Below are positions 39,379 to 50,142 of a stretch of DNA of 64,000 bases, piece by piece (the first letter of the stretch is position 1; every line of letters starts with the position of its first letter). Origin of the DNA: an uncultured bacterium. Its GTDB lineage: Bacteria > Actinomycetota > Coriobacteriia > Coriobacteriales > Coriobacteriaceae. A program made the translations under genes and the position numbers. The notes below the pieces were generated by a model. The model saw nothing but the letters and a program-made list of their open reading frames with translations. It did no database searches and was not told where the DNA came from. The stretch lies in the NCBI GenBank assembly GCA_905215205.1, contig CAJMPK010000001.1, forward strand, positions 16,407 to 80,406, in the 5' to 3' direction.

Positions 39379-42075
39379 CTACGAGAAGTCAGCAACCTGA
39401 GCAGTCAGTGCCGTCAGGATCTCCTTGAGCTCAGCTGCACGGTCCTTCTTCTTCTGGACCACCGCGGGCGCGGCCTTGGCCACAAAGCCCTCGTTGGCGA
39501 GCGTCTTCTCGCAGCCGGCAAGCTCCTTCTGCGCTGCGGAAATCTCCTTCTCCAGGCGCGCCTTCTCGGCCGAAAGGTCAACCTTTCCCTCGAGCACCAC
39601 AAAGACCTCGACGCCGCTGTCGACCACAGCGATGCTCGCGGCCGGCTTCTCAACATCGGTGCCCATGACCAGCGAGGCAGTGTTCGCTAGCGGCTCGATG
39701 GTCGAACGCAGGCTCTCGAGCTTCTCGATGTCCTCGGCGCCGGCGCGCACGACCACGTCGAGCTCGGCCTTGGGGCTCAAGCGGTAACGCGAACGCGTGG
39801 CGCGGGCGGCGGAAACGACGGTACGGCACAGCTCAAACGCGCGCTCGGCGGGCTCGTCGACATACTTGGCGTAGTCGGCGGGCTCGGGCCACTTGGCGAT
39901 CATGAGCGCCTCGGCGCGATCCACGTTGCCCTCGGCATCCAGATCGAGCACGCTCGCCGGCATGTTGTCCCAGATCTCCTCGGTGACAAACGGCATGAGC
40001 GGGTGCATCAGGCGAATGGAGGTATCGAGCACAAAGATCAGGTTGCGCTGCGCCTGCAGACGGCCCTCGCCCTTCAGGCGGGCCTTGGTGACCTCGACGT
40101 ACCAGTCGCAGACCTCATTCCAGAAGAACTGCTGCACGCCGCGGGCCATGTCGCCAAAGGTGTAGTTCTCAATACCCTCGGTGACCATCTTCACGGCCAT
40201 GGCCAGACGGCTGAACATCCAGGCGTCCGCCGGCGTCTCCACGACGGGCTCGCCGGGCGTGTAACCCTCCATGTTCATAAGCAGGAAGCGGCTGGCGTTC
40301 CAGATCTTGGTCACAAACGACTTGGCCTGCTCGGTGCGCGGGCTGTCGATGAGCTTCTTGGTCTTCTTGTCAATGTTCGCGTCGAACTTGACGTCCTGGT
40401 TATTGGTGCACAGCGTCAGCAGGTTGAAGCGCATGGCGTCGGCGCCGTACATACCGATGAGGTCCATGGGGTCAACGCCGTTGCCCTTGGACTTGGACAT
40501 GCGGCTACCGTCCTTGGCCAGGATCGTCGGGTAGATGACGACGTCCTTAAACGGCACCTCGTCCAGGAAGTACAGCGAGCTCATGACCATGCGGGCGACC
40601 CACAGCGCGATGATGTCGCGCGCGGTGACGAGCGCCGTCGTGGGGTGATGGCCCTCGAGCAGCTCCGGCTTTTGCGGCCAACCCTGCGTGGCAAAGGTCC
40701 ACAGCTGCGAGCTGAACCAGGTGTCCAGCACGTTCTCGTCCTGATGCACGTGATGGCCGCCGCACTTGGGGCACACGTCGGTGTCCTCGGTAAGGGCGTC
40801 CTCCCAGCCGCAGTCCTCGCAGTAGAACACGGGGATGCGGTGGCCCCACCACAGCTGGCGGCTGATGCACCAGTCCTTGAGGTTCTCCATCCAGGTGGTG
40901 TAGGTCTGCGTCCAGCGCGCGGGGTGGAAGGTGACCTTGCCGGAGTTGACGGCGTCCAGCGCCGGCCCCTTGAGCTTGTCGACGGCCACGAACCACTGCT
41001 CGGACAGCCACGGCTCCAGCGCGGAGTCGCAACGGTAGCAGTGCATGACGGAGTGATCGAGGTCCTCGACGTGATCGAGCAGGCCATGCTCCTCAAACCA
41101 CTTGACGACGGCCTCGCGGCACTCGTCGCGGTTCATGCCGGTAAACTCCCCGTAGCCCTCGACGACTACCGCGTGCTCATCGAAGATATTGATCTGCGGC
41201 AGGTCGTGGGCCTGACCCATGGCGTAATCGTTGGGGTCGTGAGCCGGGGTAACCTTGACAAAGCCGGAGCCAAAGTTGGCGTCGACGTGCCAATCCTCAA
41301 AGATGGGGATCTCGCGATCGACGATGGGGAGCTTGACGGTCTTACCCACAAAGGCGGCCTTCTCGGGGTCCTTCGGGGAGACGGCGACGCCCGTGTCGCC
41401 GAGCATGGTCTCGGGGCGCGTGGTGGCGACGACGATGTAGTCCTGGCCGTTGACTGGCTCGGTCAGCGGGTAGCGCAGGTGCCACAGATGGCCCTTCTCG
41501 TCCTTATACTCGGCCTCGTCGTCCGAGATGGCGGTGGTGCAGTTGGGGCACCAGTTTACGATGCGCTTGCCGCGATAGATCAGGCCGTCGTGGTACCAGT
41601 CGCAGAACACCTTGCGCACGGCCTGCGCGTAGTCCTCGTCCATGGTAAAGCGCTCGTTATCGAAGTCGACGGAGCAGCCCATACGTTTGATCTGCTCGAC
41701 GATGATGCCGCCGTACTCGTGGGTCCAATCCCAGCAGGCGTCGACAAACTTATCGCGACCGATCTCCAGGCGGCTGATGCCCTCGCTCTTGAGTTTCTTG
41801 TCGACCTTGGTCTGCGTAGCGATACCGGCATGGTCGGTACCGAGCACCCAGCGCGTGGACTTGCCGCGCATGCGGGCCATGCGAATGATGGCGTCCTGGA
41901 TGGAGTCGTCGGTGGCGTGGCCCATATGGAGCTTGCCGGTCACGTTGGGAGGCGGAATGGTGACGGTGCAGTCGCCCACGCCCTCACGGCGCTTGTAGTA
42001 GCCGCCGTCGAGCCACTTCTGCAGGATCGCCGGCTCGTTGGTCGACGGATCGTAGTTCTTGGGCATTTCTTCCAT
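39379..42075 (-). CDS. valS: Valine--tRNA ligase
   Basis: PPPNVTGKLHMGHA, DWCISRQLWWGH, RMSKSKGN and C-terminal coiled coil. Confidence 0.98.
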   Translation of the reverse strand: MEEMPKNYDPSTNEPAILQKWLDGGYYKRREGVGDCTVTIPPPNVTGKLHMGHATDDSIQDAIIRMARMRGKSTRWVLGTDHAGIATQTKVDKKLKSEGISRLEIGRDKFVDACWDWTHEYGGIIVEQIKRMGCSVDFDNERFTMDEDYAQAVRKVFCDWYHDGLIYRGKRIVNWCPNCTTAISDDEAEYKDEKGHLWHLRYPLTEPVNGQDYIVVATTRPETMLGDTGVAVSPKDPEKAAFVGKTVKLPIVDREIPIFEDWHVDANFGSGFVKVTPAHDPNDYAMGQAHDLPQINIFDEHAVVVEGYGEFTGMNRDECREAVVKWFEEHGLLDHVEDLDHSVMHCYRCDSALEPWLSEQWFVAVDKLKGPALDAVNSGKVTFHPARWTQTYTTWMENLKDWCISRQLWWGHRIPVFYCEDCGWEDALTEDTDVCPKCGGHHVHQDENVLDTWFSSQLWTFATQGWPQKPELLEGHHPTTALVTARDIIALWVARMVMSSLYFLDEVPFKDVVIYPTILAKDGSRMSKSKGNGVDPMDLIGMYGADAMRFNLLTLCTNNQDVKFDANIDKKTKKLIDSPRTEQAKSFVTKIWNASRFLLMNMEGYTPGEPVVETPADAWMFSRLAMAVKMVTEGIENYTFGDMARGVQQFFWNEVCDWYVEVTKARLKGEGRLQAQRNLIFVLDTSIRLMHPLMPFVTEEIWDNMPASVLDLDAEGNVDRAEALMIAKWPEPADYAKYVDEPAERAFELCRTVVSAARATRSRYRLSPKAELDVVVRAGAEDIEKLESLRSTIEPLANTASLVMGTDVEKPAASIAVVDSGVEVFVVLEGKVDLSAEKARLEKEISAAQKELAGCEKTLANEGFVAKAAPAVVQKKKDRAAELKEILTALTAQVADFS

Positions 42076-42102
42076 ATATCTCTCCCTGTCCCGCCGGGGA
42101 GA

Positions 42103-42204
42103 AATGTAGGCCCGATTTTCGCTCGGTCAGGTCCTGGGCTCGATCGAAGACCACATTAAGTGGTCTTCGGCTCGTGCGGAATCTACGAAAATCGGGCCTA
42201 CATT
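42103..42204. repeat. Structured multi-stem repeat, copy B (inverted relative to A)
   Basis: Perfect 19-bp outer stem around GTCCTGGGCTCG..CGAAGACCACATTAAGTGGTCTTCGGCTCGTGCGGAA. Confidence 0.75.
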
Positions 42205-42305
42205 CCTCCCTTTAGGTATCGATTACTTCAGTCTGAATTGACTTTGCCGAGGCTTAAACAAACACACAGAATAGCACAGGTAGTTGGGGTTATTGCGTAT
42301 ATATA

Positions 42306-42341
42306 AAATAGCCTCCGACCGCGGGTGGTCGGAGGCTATTT
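42306..42341 (-). terminator. clpX terminator
   Basis: AAATAGCCTCCGACC-GCGGGT-GGTCGGAGGCTATTT hairpin. Confidence 0.8.
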
Positions 42342-42362
42342 GCAAACACGTTTTTGGCTGGT

Positions 42363-43769
42363 TTACCCGTAGATACGTTGGGGCTGTTCTTCGCCCTTTA
42401 CGGAGGCTTCGGTCACGATGACCTTGGTAACACCTTCCTCGCTGGGGAGGTCGAACATCGTCTGTTGCAGCACGTCCTCGCAGATGGAACGCAGGCCGCG
42501 GGCGCCGGTCTTGCGGGCGAGCGCCATGCGGGCGATCTCGTGCAGGGCGGCGTCCTCAAACTCAAGCTCAACGTCCTCGAGCTGGAACATCTTGCGGTAC
42601 TGACGCACCACGGCGTTCTTGGGCTCGGTCAGGATCGACACCAGGTCGTCCTCGTCGAGCGCCTGCGTCTGGGTGACGACGGGCGTACGTCCCACAAACT
42701 CGGGGATCATGCCAAAGGCGTTGAGGTCCTGAGGGAGCACCTGACGCAGCAGGTCGTTCTCGTCGACCGAGGTGGGGCCGGCGATCTCGGAGTTAAAGCC
42801 CACGCCCTTGTTGCCCACGCGGTCGGCGATGATCTTGTCCAGGCCCACAAAGGCACCGCCGCAGATAAACAGAATGTTGGTCGTGTCGATCTGCAGCAAC
42901 TCCTGCTGGGGATGCTTGCGGCCGCCGGTGGGCGGAACGCTTGCCACCGTGCCCTCAAGAATCTTAAGCAGCGCCTGCTGAACGCCCTCGCCCGAAACGT
43001 CACGGGTAATGGAGAGGTTCTCTGCCTTGCGGGCGATCTTGTCGATCTCGTCAACGTAGATGATGCCCACCTGCGCGCGCTCGATATCGCCATCGGCGGC
43101 GTTGATGAGCTTGAGCAGGATGTTCTCCACGTCCTCGCCCACGTAACCGGCCTCGGTGAGCGCAGTGGCGTCGGCGATGGCAAACGGCACCTCGAGGATG
43201 CGCGCAAGCGTCTGGGCGAGCAGGGTCTTACCGGTACCGGTGGGACCGAGCAGCAAAATGTTGGACTTGGCGAGCTCCACCTCGTCCATATCGTCGTCGA
43301 ACTGCGAGCCCACGCCGTCGCCAAAAGCAGACACCGCGGCGCCGCCCTCGATCACGCGGCGATAGTGGTTGTACACGGCAACCGACATGGCGCGTTTGGC
43401 GTCCTCCTGGCCCATAACATAGGCCGAAAGCTCATCGTAGATCTCGTGCGGCGTCGGCACGTGCGTGATGACCTGGCGGTCGTCCTCGAGCTCAAAGCCC
43501 TCGGCCTCGGGGTCAACCGCAGGCTGGGATTCAGCCTGGCCGTGATCGTTGAGGAAGCCCGGCAGCTTGCCGTTGCGGGCAGCGTCCATAAAGTCCGAAG
43601 CCAGCGACTCCTCCAAGATCTCGGAGCAGGCGGCGACGCACTCATCGCAGATAAAGATATTGGTCGGACCCTTCACCAGACGGCGAACCTGACCCTGCTC
43701 TTTTCCGCAGAAGGAGCAGCGGATGGGGTTGCCGTTCTCGTCGAAGTTGTCCTGCATGTTACCGGCCAT
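42363..43769 (-). CDS. clpX: ATP-dependent Clp protease ATP-binding subunit
   Basis: CSFCGK zinc finger, [24 protein letters not shown]. Confidence 0.98.
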   Translation of the reverse strand: MAGNMQDNFDENGNPIRCSFCGKEQGQVRRLVKGPTNIFICDECVAACSEILEESLASDFMDAARNGKLPGFLNDHGQAESQPAVDPEAEGFELEDDRQVITHVPTPHEIYDELSAYVMGQEDAKRAMSVAVYNHYRRVIEGGAAVSAFGDGVGSQFDDDMDEVELAKSNILLLGPTGTGKTLLAQTLARILEVPFAIADATALTEAGYVGEDVENILLKLINAADGDIERAQVGIIYVDEIDKIARKAENLSITRDVSGEGVQQALLKILEGTVASVPPTGGRKHPQQELLQIDTTNILFICGGAFVGLDKIIADRVGNKGVGFNSEIAGPTSVDENDLLRQVLPQDLNAFGMIPEFVGRTPVVTQTQALDEDDLVSILTEPKNAVVRQYRKMFQLEDVELEFEDAALHEIARMALARKTGARGLRSICEDVLQQTMFDLPSEEGVTKVIVTEASVKGEEQPQRIYG

Positions 43770-43770
43770 C

Positions 43771-44391
43771 CTAGGCGTCCTTCGCGGCGAGGTCGCGCGA
43801 GGTGACGATACGGTCGATCAGGCCGTAGTCGAGGGCCTCGGCAGCGGTCAGGTAGTTATCGCGCTCGGTATCGGCCTGGACCTTCTCGATGGGCTGGCCC
43901 GATGCGTCGGACAGGATCTGGTTGAGCTCGCGACGGGTCTTCTTGATCTCCTCTGCCACGATCTCGATCTCGGTCTGCTGACCCTGGGCACCGCCGCTGG
44001 GCTGGTGAATCATAACCTTGGAGTGCGGCAGGCAGAAACGCTTGCCCTTGGCGCCGGCCGAAAGCAGCACGGCGGCCATAGACGCGGCCATGCCGACGCA
44101 AATGGTCGAGACCTGCGGCTTAATGAAGTTCATGGTGTCCAGAATCGCCAGGCCGGAGTAGACCTCGCCACCGGGCGAATTGATGTAGAGCGAGATATCC
44201 TTCTCGGCATCTTGGCTCTCAAGATGCAGCAGCTGGGCAACGACCAGGTTGGCGCTGACGGAGTTGATCTCCTCGCCCAAGAAGATGATGCGGTCGTTGA
44301 GCAGGCGCGAATAGATATCGTAGCTGCGCTCGCCGCGCGGCGTCTGCTCGATAACGTATGGCACGAGGGCGGAATCGAACTTAGCGATCAT
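43771..44391 (-). CDS. clpP: Clp protease proteolytic subunit
   Basis: [25 protein letters not shown]. Confidence 0.97.
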   Translation of the reverse strand: MIAKFDSALVPYVIEQTPRGERSYDIYSRLLNDRIIFLGEEINSVSANLVVAQLLHLESQDAEKDISLYINSPGGEVYSGLAILDTMNFIKPQVSTICVGMAASMAAVLLSAGAKGKRFCLPHSKVMIHQPSGGAQGQQTEIEIVAEEIKKTRRELNQILSDASGQPIEKVQADTERDNYLTAAEALDYGLIDRIVTSRDLAAKDA

Positions 44392-44437
44392 ACGCATCTC
44401 CATTTCTCTCTTGCGGACCAAATTGGTTCTAGATAAA

Positions 44438-44478
44438 CGTACGGTGCCCGCATGCTATGCATTGGCTGGCACCGTACG
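44438..44478 (-). terminator. Hairpin between tig and clpP (terminator or leader structure)
   Basis: CGTACGGTGCC...GGCACCGTACG with only a short T-run. Confidence 0.45.
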
Positions 44479-44554
44479 AAGCAACCGGATAACCGGTGTA
44501 TAACTTTACCCCATCACGGGCGCACCCATGCGCTCGCGGGCAAGGTGGCGAGAA

Positions 44555-45853
44555 TTACTCGGCGTCCTTGGCGGTCTCGTCGACCTCGGTCACCTTGGCG
44601 TTCTCGACCAGGTGGTCGACGGCCTTGGAGCGACGGATGGACTCGCGGACGGCAGGCATGCGGCCATCGGCGATGAACTCGGCCTTGGAAGCCTCGACGT
44701 CCTTGACGCCAGCCTTCTCGAACTCGGCGTTGATGTCGTCCTCGGTGACCTCGATCTTGAGCTCGCGGGCGAGGGCGTCGAGAGCCAGGGACTCACGGGC
44801 AACGTCGTTTGCCTGCTTGTGCAGGTCGCCGATGAACTGCTCCATGGTCAGGCCGGAAGCGGGCAGCCAGGTGTCCAGCGTCATGCCGCGGGCAGCGAGG
44901 TTGGACAGGAAGTTCTGGCCAAGCTCCTCAAAGACGGACTGCTCGTAGTCGGCGTCCATCTCATCGAGCTGCAGGCGCTCGGCGAGAGCGGAGACGCAAC
45001 GGTTCTCCTTCTCGGCCGGGAGGCGGGAAGCCTTGTCCTGCTCGATCTCGATCTTGATGGCGTCGCGCATAGCGTCGATGTTGTCGAAGCCAAAGTCAGA
45101 CTTGACGAGCTCGTCGGTGAGCTCGGGGGTGTTGCGAACCTTGATGCCCTTGATGGTGACCTCGACGGTGTGGGTCTCGGCCTCCTCGCCCTCCTCGACC
45201 TCGTCGGTCCAGGTGACGGTCTTGACGTCGTCAACGTTGGCGCCAATCAGGGCGTCGTTGAACTCCTTGGGGTTGCTGTCGCTACCGGCGATGAGCATGC
45301 GGCCCTCGGCGGCAAAGTTGTCGGCGTTCTCGACGGCCTTGAGGTCGACGGTGACGTAGTCCTCGGCCTCGACGGCGCGACCCTCGACGTCCTCGAAGGT
45401 GGCACGGTAGTTGAGGAGCATCTCGACCTGGTTGTTGATCTCCGACTCGGTGACCTCTGCAGGCGGCATCTCGATCTCGACAGCGTCGAAGGAGGAGAGC
45501 TCAGCGGCGGGACGCAGGGAGAACTCGACGGTGTAGGTGTAGTCCTCGTGATCCTTGGCGAGGTCGAGCTCCTTGTAGTCACCGTTCTTGGTGGGGACGA
45601 TGTCCAGCTCGTTGAGGACGGCGGGCTCGTTGGCGGCGATCAGGTCGTTGGTGGCCTGAGCGAGGGTAGCCTCGGCGCCAAGAGCGGAATCGATGACCGG
45701 ACGGGGAGCCTTACCGGCGCGGAAGCCCGGGAAGCGGTACTTCTTCGCGGTGTCCTTGTAGGCCTTCTTGATCGCGGCGTCGACGTCGGCGGCCGGGATG
45801 GTGACCGTAGCGGTGAGCTTGGCGTCCTTGACGTCAGAAGCGGTGATGTTCAA
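44555..45853 (-). CDS. tig: Trigger factor
   Basis: FPGFRAGKAP motif; tig-clpP-clpX order; AGGAGG RBS before TTG. Confidence 0.95.
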   Translation of the reverse strand: MNITASDVKDAKLTATVTIPAADVDAAIKKAYKDTAKKYRFPGFRAGKAPRPVIDSALGAEATLAQATNDLIAANEPAVLNELDIVPTKNGDYKELDLAKDHEDYTYTVEFSLRPAAELSSFDAVEIEMPPAEVTESEINNQVEMLLNYRATFEDVEGRAVEAEDYVTVDLKAVENADNFAAEGRMLIAGSDSNPKEFNDALIGANVDDVKTVTWTDEVEEGEEAETHTVEVTIKGIKVRNTPELTDELVKSDFGFDNIDAMRDAIKIEIEQDKASRLPAEKENRCVSALAERLQLDEMDADYEQSVFEELGQNFLSNLAARGMTLDTWLPASGLTMEQFIGDLHKQANDVARESLALDALARELKIEVTEDDINAEFEKAGVKDVEASKAEFIADGRMPAVRESIRRSKAVDHLVENAKVTEVDETAKDAE

Positions 45854-45944
45854 CACGTTCCTCCTCATACTGCCCAGCTTATCTGAGGTGCTGGTACCTT
45901 TATGCAACAAAGTGTCGCGAGGGCATAAGCCGACGCGGGTGCGT

Positions 45945-46028
45945 TGGTGCGGGCGAAAGGACTCGAACCTTCACGGGAATCCCACCAGAACCTAAATCTG
46001 GCGCGTCTACCAATTCCGCCACGCCCGC
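45945..46028 (-). tRNA. tRNA-Leu (anticodon TAG)
   Basis: GCGGGCGTGGCGGAATTGGTAGACGCG-CCAGA-TTTAGGT-TCTGG...GGTTCGAGTCC...CGCCCGC-ACCA; extended -10 TGCTATCAT upstream. Confidence 0.97.
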
Positions 46029-46166
46029 ATGAGCGCACAGACTAGGAATGATAGCAGATACGAGCGGCAAGCGCACGCACACGTTTTTAGCTCACGACCT
46101 CACCACGAGTGCAGAAGGCGGGGCGAGTTGCCCCACCCCGCCAATTACGACGTGTTCGCTGACCCG

Positions 46167-48998
46167 CTACTCCCCCAGCAGGGCCTTCTCGGGCGTGATC
46201 GGCAGCGAGCGAACCTGATGGCCGGTGGCGTGCGCCACGGCCGAGGCAACGGCGGCGAGCGGCGTGTTGATGACGACCTCGCCGATCGACTTGGCGCCAA
46301 ACGGACCCGTCGGCTCGTAGCTCGGCTCAAAGGCAACACGAATGCTGCCGATATCCAGGCGCGTGGGCAGCTTGTAGCTCATAAAGTTGCCGGTACGCAG
46401 ACGGCCGCGGTCATCGTGCTCGACGATCTCGTAGAGCGCGTGACCGATGCCCTGGGCAATGCCACCCTCGGCCTGGACGCGCGCGAGCGCCTCGTTGATA
46501 ACGGTGCCGCAGTCCACAGCCGCCGCGTAGTCCACCACGGTCACCTTGCCGGTGGCCTTGTCGACCTCGACCTCGGCAATGCCGGCCATAAACGGCGGAG
46601 GCGAAACGGGCAGGCAGGCAGAGGCGTGCGAGGTCAGCGCGTCGCCGCCCGCGATGTTCTTGACGCACAGGTTGGCAAAGTCGCGCAGCGTGAGGTAGCG
46701 GTTCTGCTCGCGCGCGGCGCGCTCGTCGGACAGGCGCACGTACTGGCCATCGAAGACCACATCGGCGGCGTCCACATCCCACATCTGGGCGGCCTTGGCG
46801 CAGATCTTCTCACGCAGCTCGGTCGCGGCGTTCTTGGCCGCCAGGCCCGTCACGTACGTGCCCGAACTCGCGTACGAGCCGGCGTCAAACGGCGACACAT
46901 CGGTGTCCACGCCGCGCACCACAATGAGCGAGCTCTCCACACCCAGCTCCTCGGCGGCAATCTGCGCCAGGATCGTGTCGACGCCCATGCCGTTATCGGT
47001 GGCTCCGGTGCCGATGGTAATGAAGCCGTCCTCTTCCAGGCGCATGTCGATGCCGGCGATGTCCACGTTGGAGATGCCCGAGCCCTGCATGGTGAGTGCG
47101 CAGCCCAGGGCGCGCACGCGGTCGCCCAGGTCCACGGCCAGCGGCTTGTCACGCCAACCGATCATGTCCATCGCGCGCAGCAGGCAGCGATCGAGCGCGC
47201 AGGCGTTGAGCTTCTCGTTGTAGTACTGCGGCATGGTCTCGCCCTCGTGCACCATGTTCTTAAGGCGCAGGTCGGCGGGGTCCATGTGCAACATGTCGGC
47301 GAGCTCGTTGACGGCACTCTCCACGGCAAACTGGCCCTGGGTGGCACCGTAGCCGCGATACGCGCCGCCACGGTTGGTATTGGTGTAGACGGCGTCCCAG
47401 CTAAAGCGGCTCGCCTTCACGTGGTTGTAGATGGGCAGGCTCTTGTGGCCCGAGAGGCCGATCGTCGTGGTAGCGTGTTCGCCGTACGCGCCGGCGTTGG
47501 ACAGCGTGTGCAGATCGATGGCCGTGATGGTGCCGTCGTTCATGGCGCCCAGCTTAACGGTCATCTGCATCTGGTGGCGCGAGTTGCCCGCGGTGATGGT
47601 CTCCTCGCGGGTGTAGCAGCAGTAGCTCGGACGGCCGGTCTGCTGGGTCACAAACGCAACGAAAATCTCGCAGCAGCCCGTCTGCTTGGAGCCAAAGCCG
47701 CCGCCGATGCGCGGCTTAATGACCTGCACCTGCGACTGCGGAATATCGAGCGACTGCGCGACCATGCGGCGCACGTGGAAGGGCACCTGCGTAGAGGTGG
47801 TCACCGAGATACGTCCAAATGCGTCGGTCGTCGCGAAGGCGCGGAAGGTCTCCATGGGCGCGGTCTGCGTGGCCTGGCTGGTGTAGGTGCGCTCAAAGAC
47901 GATGTCACTCTGCGCGAACGCCTCGTCAAGGTCGCCAAAATCGCTGGTACCGCTGCACACCAGGTTGCGAGCAACGTCACCGCCCTGCGGGAACATAAAG
48001 GTCACGTCGCCCTCGGGGTGGACCACGATGTCGTTATCGAGCGCCTGGGTAAAGTCGAGCAGGGGCTCTAGTACCTCGTAGTCGACCTTGATGAGCTTGA
48101 GTGCCTTGTCGGCGGCCTCCTCGGTCTCGGCGGCGACAATCGCCACCTCCTCGTTTTGATAGCGCACCAGGTTCTCGAGGATGAGGCGGTCGTAGGGACT
48201 CGGCTGCGGATAGCTCTGGCCGGCGATGGTAAAGCGGCGCTGGGGCACGTCCTCGTAGGTGTAGACGCCCACCACGCCGGGCACCTTCAGCGCGCGCGAG
48301 GTGTCGATGGAACGGATCTTGGCGCGGGCATAGGGGCTGCGTTTGAGCTTGACGATCAGGGCGCCGGCGGGCACCAGGTCGCCCGTGTAGACGGGACGCC
48401 CCTCAAGAAGGGCCTTCGAGTCCTTCTTGGGCTGCTTGTGGGTGATCTGCTTGTAGGAGACACCGTCGCAGCTGGTGTCGTTGACCGGCAGTTCGGGCAT
48501 CTCAAAGCCCACCTGAACACCGGACTCGTTAAGGAAGCGGACGATAGCGCGCAGCTGGCTCTCGTAGCCACTGCAGCGGCAGAGGTTGCCGGCGAGCTGG
48601 CGCGAGAGCTCCTCGCGCGTGGCGACGAGGCTCGGGTCCTCCTTGGCGGCGCGGGCAAGCGCCAGCACATTCATGATGAGGCCGGGGGCGCAAAAACCGC
48701 ACTGCTCGGCACCTTCGGCAGCCATCGCACGGGCGAGTGCCTCGGACTCGGCTTTGAGGCCCTCGAGCGTGGTGATGGAGCGGCCCTCGACGCGCGCGGC
48801 GGGAACCGAGCAGCTCAGCACCGGGTCGCCGTCGAGCCACACCGTGCACAGGCCGCAGTTGGTGGTCTCGCAGGCACAGCGCACCGATGCGCAACCCTGC
48901 TCGCGCAGCAGCGCAAAGAGCATGGTGTCGGGGGCAATCTGAACCTTGACCTTGCGGCCGTTGAGTGTAAAGGAAAGATCGATGAGTTTGGCAGCCAT
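46167..48998 (-). CDS. Xanthine dehydrogenase-family Mo subunit fused to an N-terminal 2x[2Fe-2S] domain (XdhD-like)
   Basis: CETTNCGLC, QCGFC, CRCSGY, GGGFGSK, YRGYG and KSIGE motifs. Confidence 0.9.
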   Translation of the reverse strand: MAAKLIDLSFTLNGRKVKVQIAPDTMLFALLREQGCASVRCACETTNCGLCTVWLDGDPVLSCSVPAARVEGRSITTLEGLKAESEALARAMAAEGAEQCGFCAPGLIMNVLALARAAKEDPSLVATREELSRQLAGNLCRCSGYESQLRAIVRFLNESGVQVGFEMPELPVNDTSCDGVSYKQITHKQPKKDSKALLEGRPVYTGDLVPAGALIVKLKRSPYARAKIRSIDTSRALKVPGVVGVYTYEDVPQRRFTIAGQSYPQPSPYDRLILENLVRYQNEEVAIVAAETEEAADKALKLIKVDYEVLEPLLDFTQALDNDIVVHPEGDVTFMFPQGGDVARNLVCSGTSDFGDLDEAFAQSDIVFERTYTSQATQTAPMETFRAFATTDAFGRISVTTSTQVPFHVRRMVAQSLDIPQSQVQVIKPRIGGGFGSKQTGCCEIFVAFVTQQTGRPSYCCYTREETITAGNSRHQMQMTVKLGAMNDGTITAIDLHTLSNAGAYGEHATTTIGLSGHKSLPIYNHVKASRFSWDAVYTNTNRGGAYRGYGATQGQFAVESAVNELADMLHMDPADLRLKNMVHEGETMPQYYNEKLNACALDRCLLRAMDMIGWRDKPLAVDLGDRVRALGCALTMQGSGISNVDIAGIDMRLEEDGFITIGTGATDNGMGVDTILAQIAAEELGVESSLIVVRGVDTDVSPFDAGSYASSGTYVTGLAAKNAATELREKICAKAAQMWDVDAADVVFDGQYVRLSDERAAREQNRYLTLRDFANLCVKNIAGGDALTSHASACLPVSPPPFMAGIAEVEVDKATGKVTVVDYAAAVDCGTVINEALARVQAEGGIAQGIGHALYEIVEHDDRGRLRTGNFMSYKLPTRLDIGSIRVAFEPSYEPTGPFGAKSIGEVVINTPLAAVASAVAHATGHQVRSLPITPEKALLGE

Positions 48999-49912
48999 TA
49001 GCGCACCTCGCTAGAATCGACGCCGGGCACGCGGCGGCAGGAATACTCGTCCGTGGCAAACTTAGGAATCTGCACGCCCTCGAGCTCGTGGGCAAGCGCG
49101 GCCGAAAGCTCGATGCCGGCGGCGCGGCGCACGGCCTGAATCGCCAGCGGGGCCGAGATGCGGCGGCGGTAGTCAGCCGAGCCCCACAGGTTGGTGCCAT
49201 AGCTCAGCGAGCGCACGGACGCTGCCAGGGCACGCAGCTCGTCCTCGGAAGGCTGCTCGGCGGCAAGGCCGCATGCCTCGCCCTGCAGCAGGGTCGCGCG
49301 CAGCGGGCGGGCACCCACGGTGACATGCCAGCTGTTGTCCCACCAGGCGGCGGTGACGTTTAAGGAGGGGAAGTCGGTCGCGGCCTTGCGCACGGCCTCG
49401 TAGCTCGCACGGTAGTCGTGTTTGACGACCACGACATGCTCAATAACGTCGCGCACGTAGCCCATGTCAACGAACTCCGCGAGCGGCACGCGGCCGGCGC
49501 CCGTCAGCTCAACGTAAGAATCAAGAGCGAGGAAGGCGGAGAGAACGTCCGAGAAGCCAAAGCGGCCGTAGATGCTGCCGCCCACCGTGGCGGTATTGCG
49601 CAGCTGCACGCCCACGATGTCATGGACGGCGAACTCAAAGACATTGTTGACAAGCGCGTTGAGCTCGGCATGGCGCTCGAGCTGGCGCAGGGTACACATG
49701 GCACCGATGCGAAACTCGGTCTCGGTCTCCTCGATCTGATCGAGTCCGCAGGCCGAAAGGTCAATTGCCGTCGCCACACGACGCGAACCCAGACGCATCC
49801 AGATGCCGCCGGCCACAATCTTGTTGTTGCGGTTCTTCTGCAAGAGCTCATAGGCTTCGGCCGCGTTTCCAACACGGACGTAGGTACCGAACTTGAGCAC
49901 GTTCTCCCCCAT
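48998..49912 (-). CDS. FAD-binding subunit of a Mo-hydroxylase (YgfM-like)
   Basis: IGAMCTL, IVGVQLRNTATVGG and GSADYRR motifs. Confidence 0.88.
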   Translation of the reverse strand: MGENVLKFGTYVRVGNAAEAYELLQKNRNNKIVAGGIWMRLGSRRVATAIDLSACGLDQIEETETEFRIGAMCTLRQLERHAELNALVNNVFEFAVHDIVGVQLRNTATVGGSIYGRFGFSDVLSAFLALDSYVELTGAGRVPLAEFVDMGYVRDVIEHVVVVKHDYRASYEAVRKAATDFPSLNVTAAWWDNSWHVTVGARPLRATLLQGEACGLAAEQPSEDELRALAASVRSLSYGTNLWGSADYRRRISAPLAIQAVRRAAGIELSAALAHELEGVQIPKFATDEYSCRRVPGVDSSEVR

Positions 49913-49995
49913 CTCTCCACTTGTCCAGTACTTTTAAGTGTACCAAACGAGGGGCCGCACACCGTTTTAGGACAAAATCCACCCACCCATCCATA

Positions 49996-50062
49996 ACTTG
50001 CGGTGATATACGGACTGATTAGCCGTTATGGGACGCTAAGCAGTCCGTATTTCACCGCAAGT
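49996..50062. repeat. 67-bp palindromic element, covariant copy
   Basis: ACTTGCGGTGATATACGGAC-N27-GTCCGTATTTCACCGCAAGT. Confidence 0.8.
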
Positions 50063-50084
50063 TATGAGGAGTCCTCCGGGATAG

Positions 50085-50118
50085 AAAAGGCTCCCAGCCA
50101 AGATGGCTGGGAGCCTTC
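50085..50118 (-). terminator. gdhA terminator
   Basis: AAGGCTCCCAGCCA-AGA-TGGCTGGGAGCCTT hairpin with a T-run on the minus strand. Confidence 0.8.
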
Positions 50119-50142
50119 TGCGATGCTATGTCGAGCGAAGAT

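Noticed and set aside
42076..42300. T-box riboswitch upstream of valS (also checked upstream of thrS)
   Set aside because: No recognisable GGTGGNACCGCG T-box or specifier stem.
45945..46028. Integration site of an island at tRNA-Leu
   Set aside because: No integrase and no duplicated tRNA 3' end; flanked by tig and metabolic genes.
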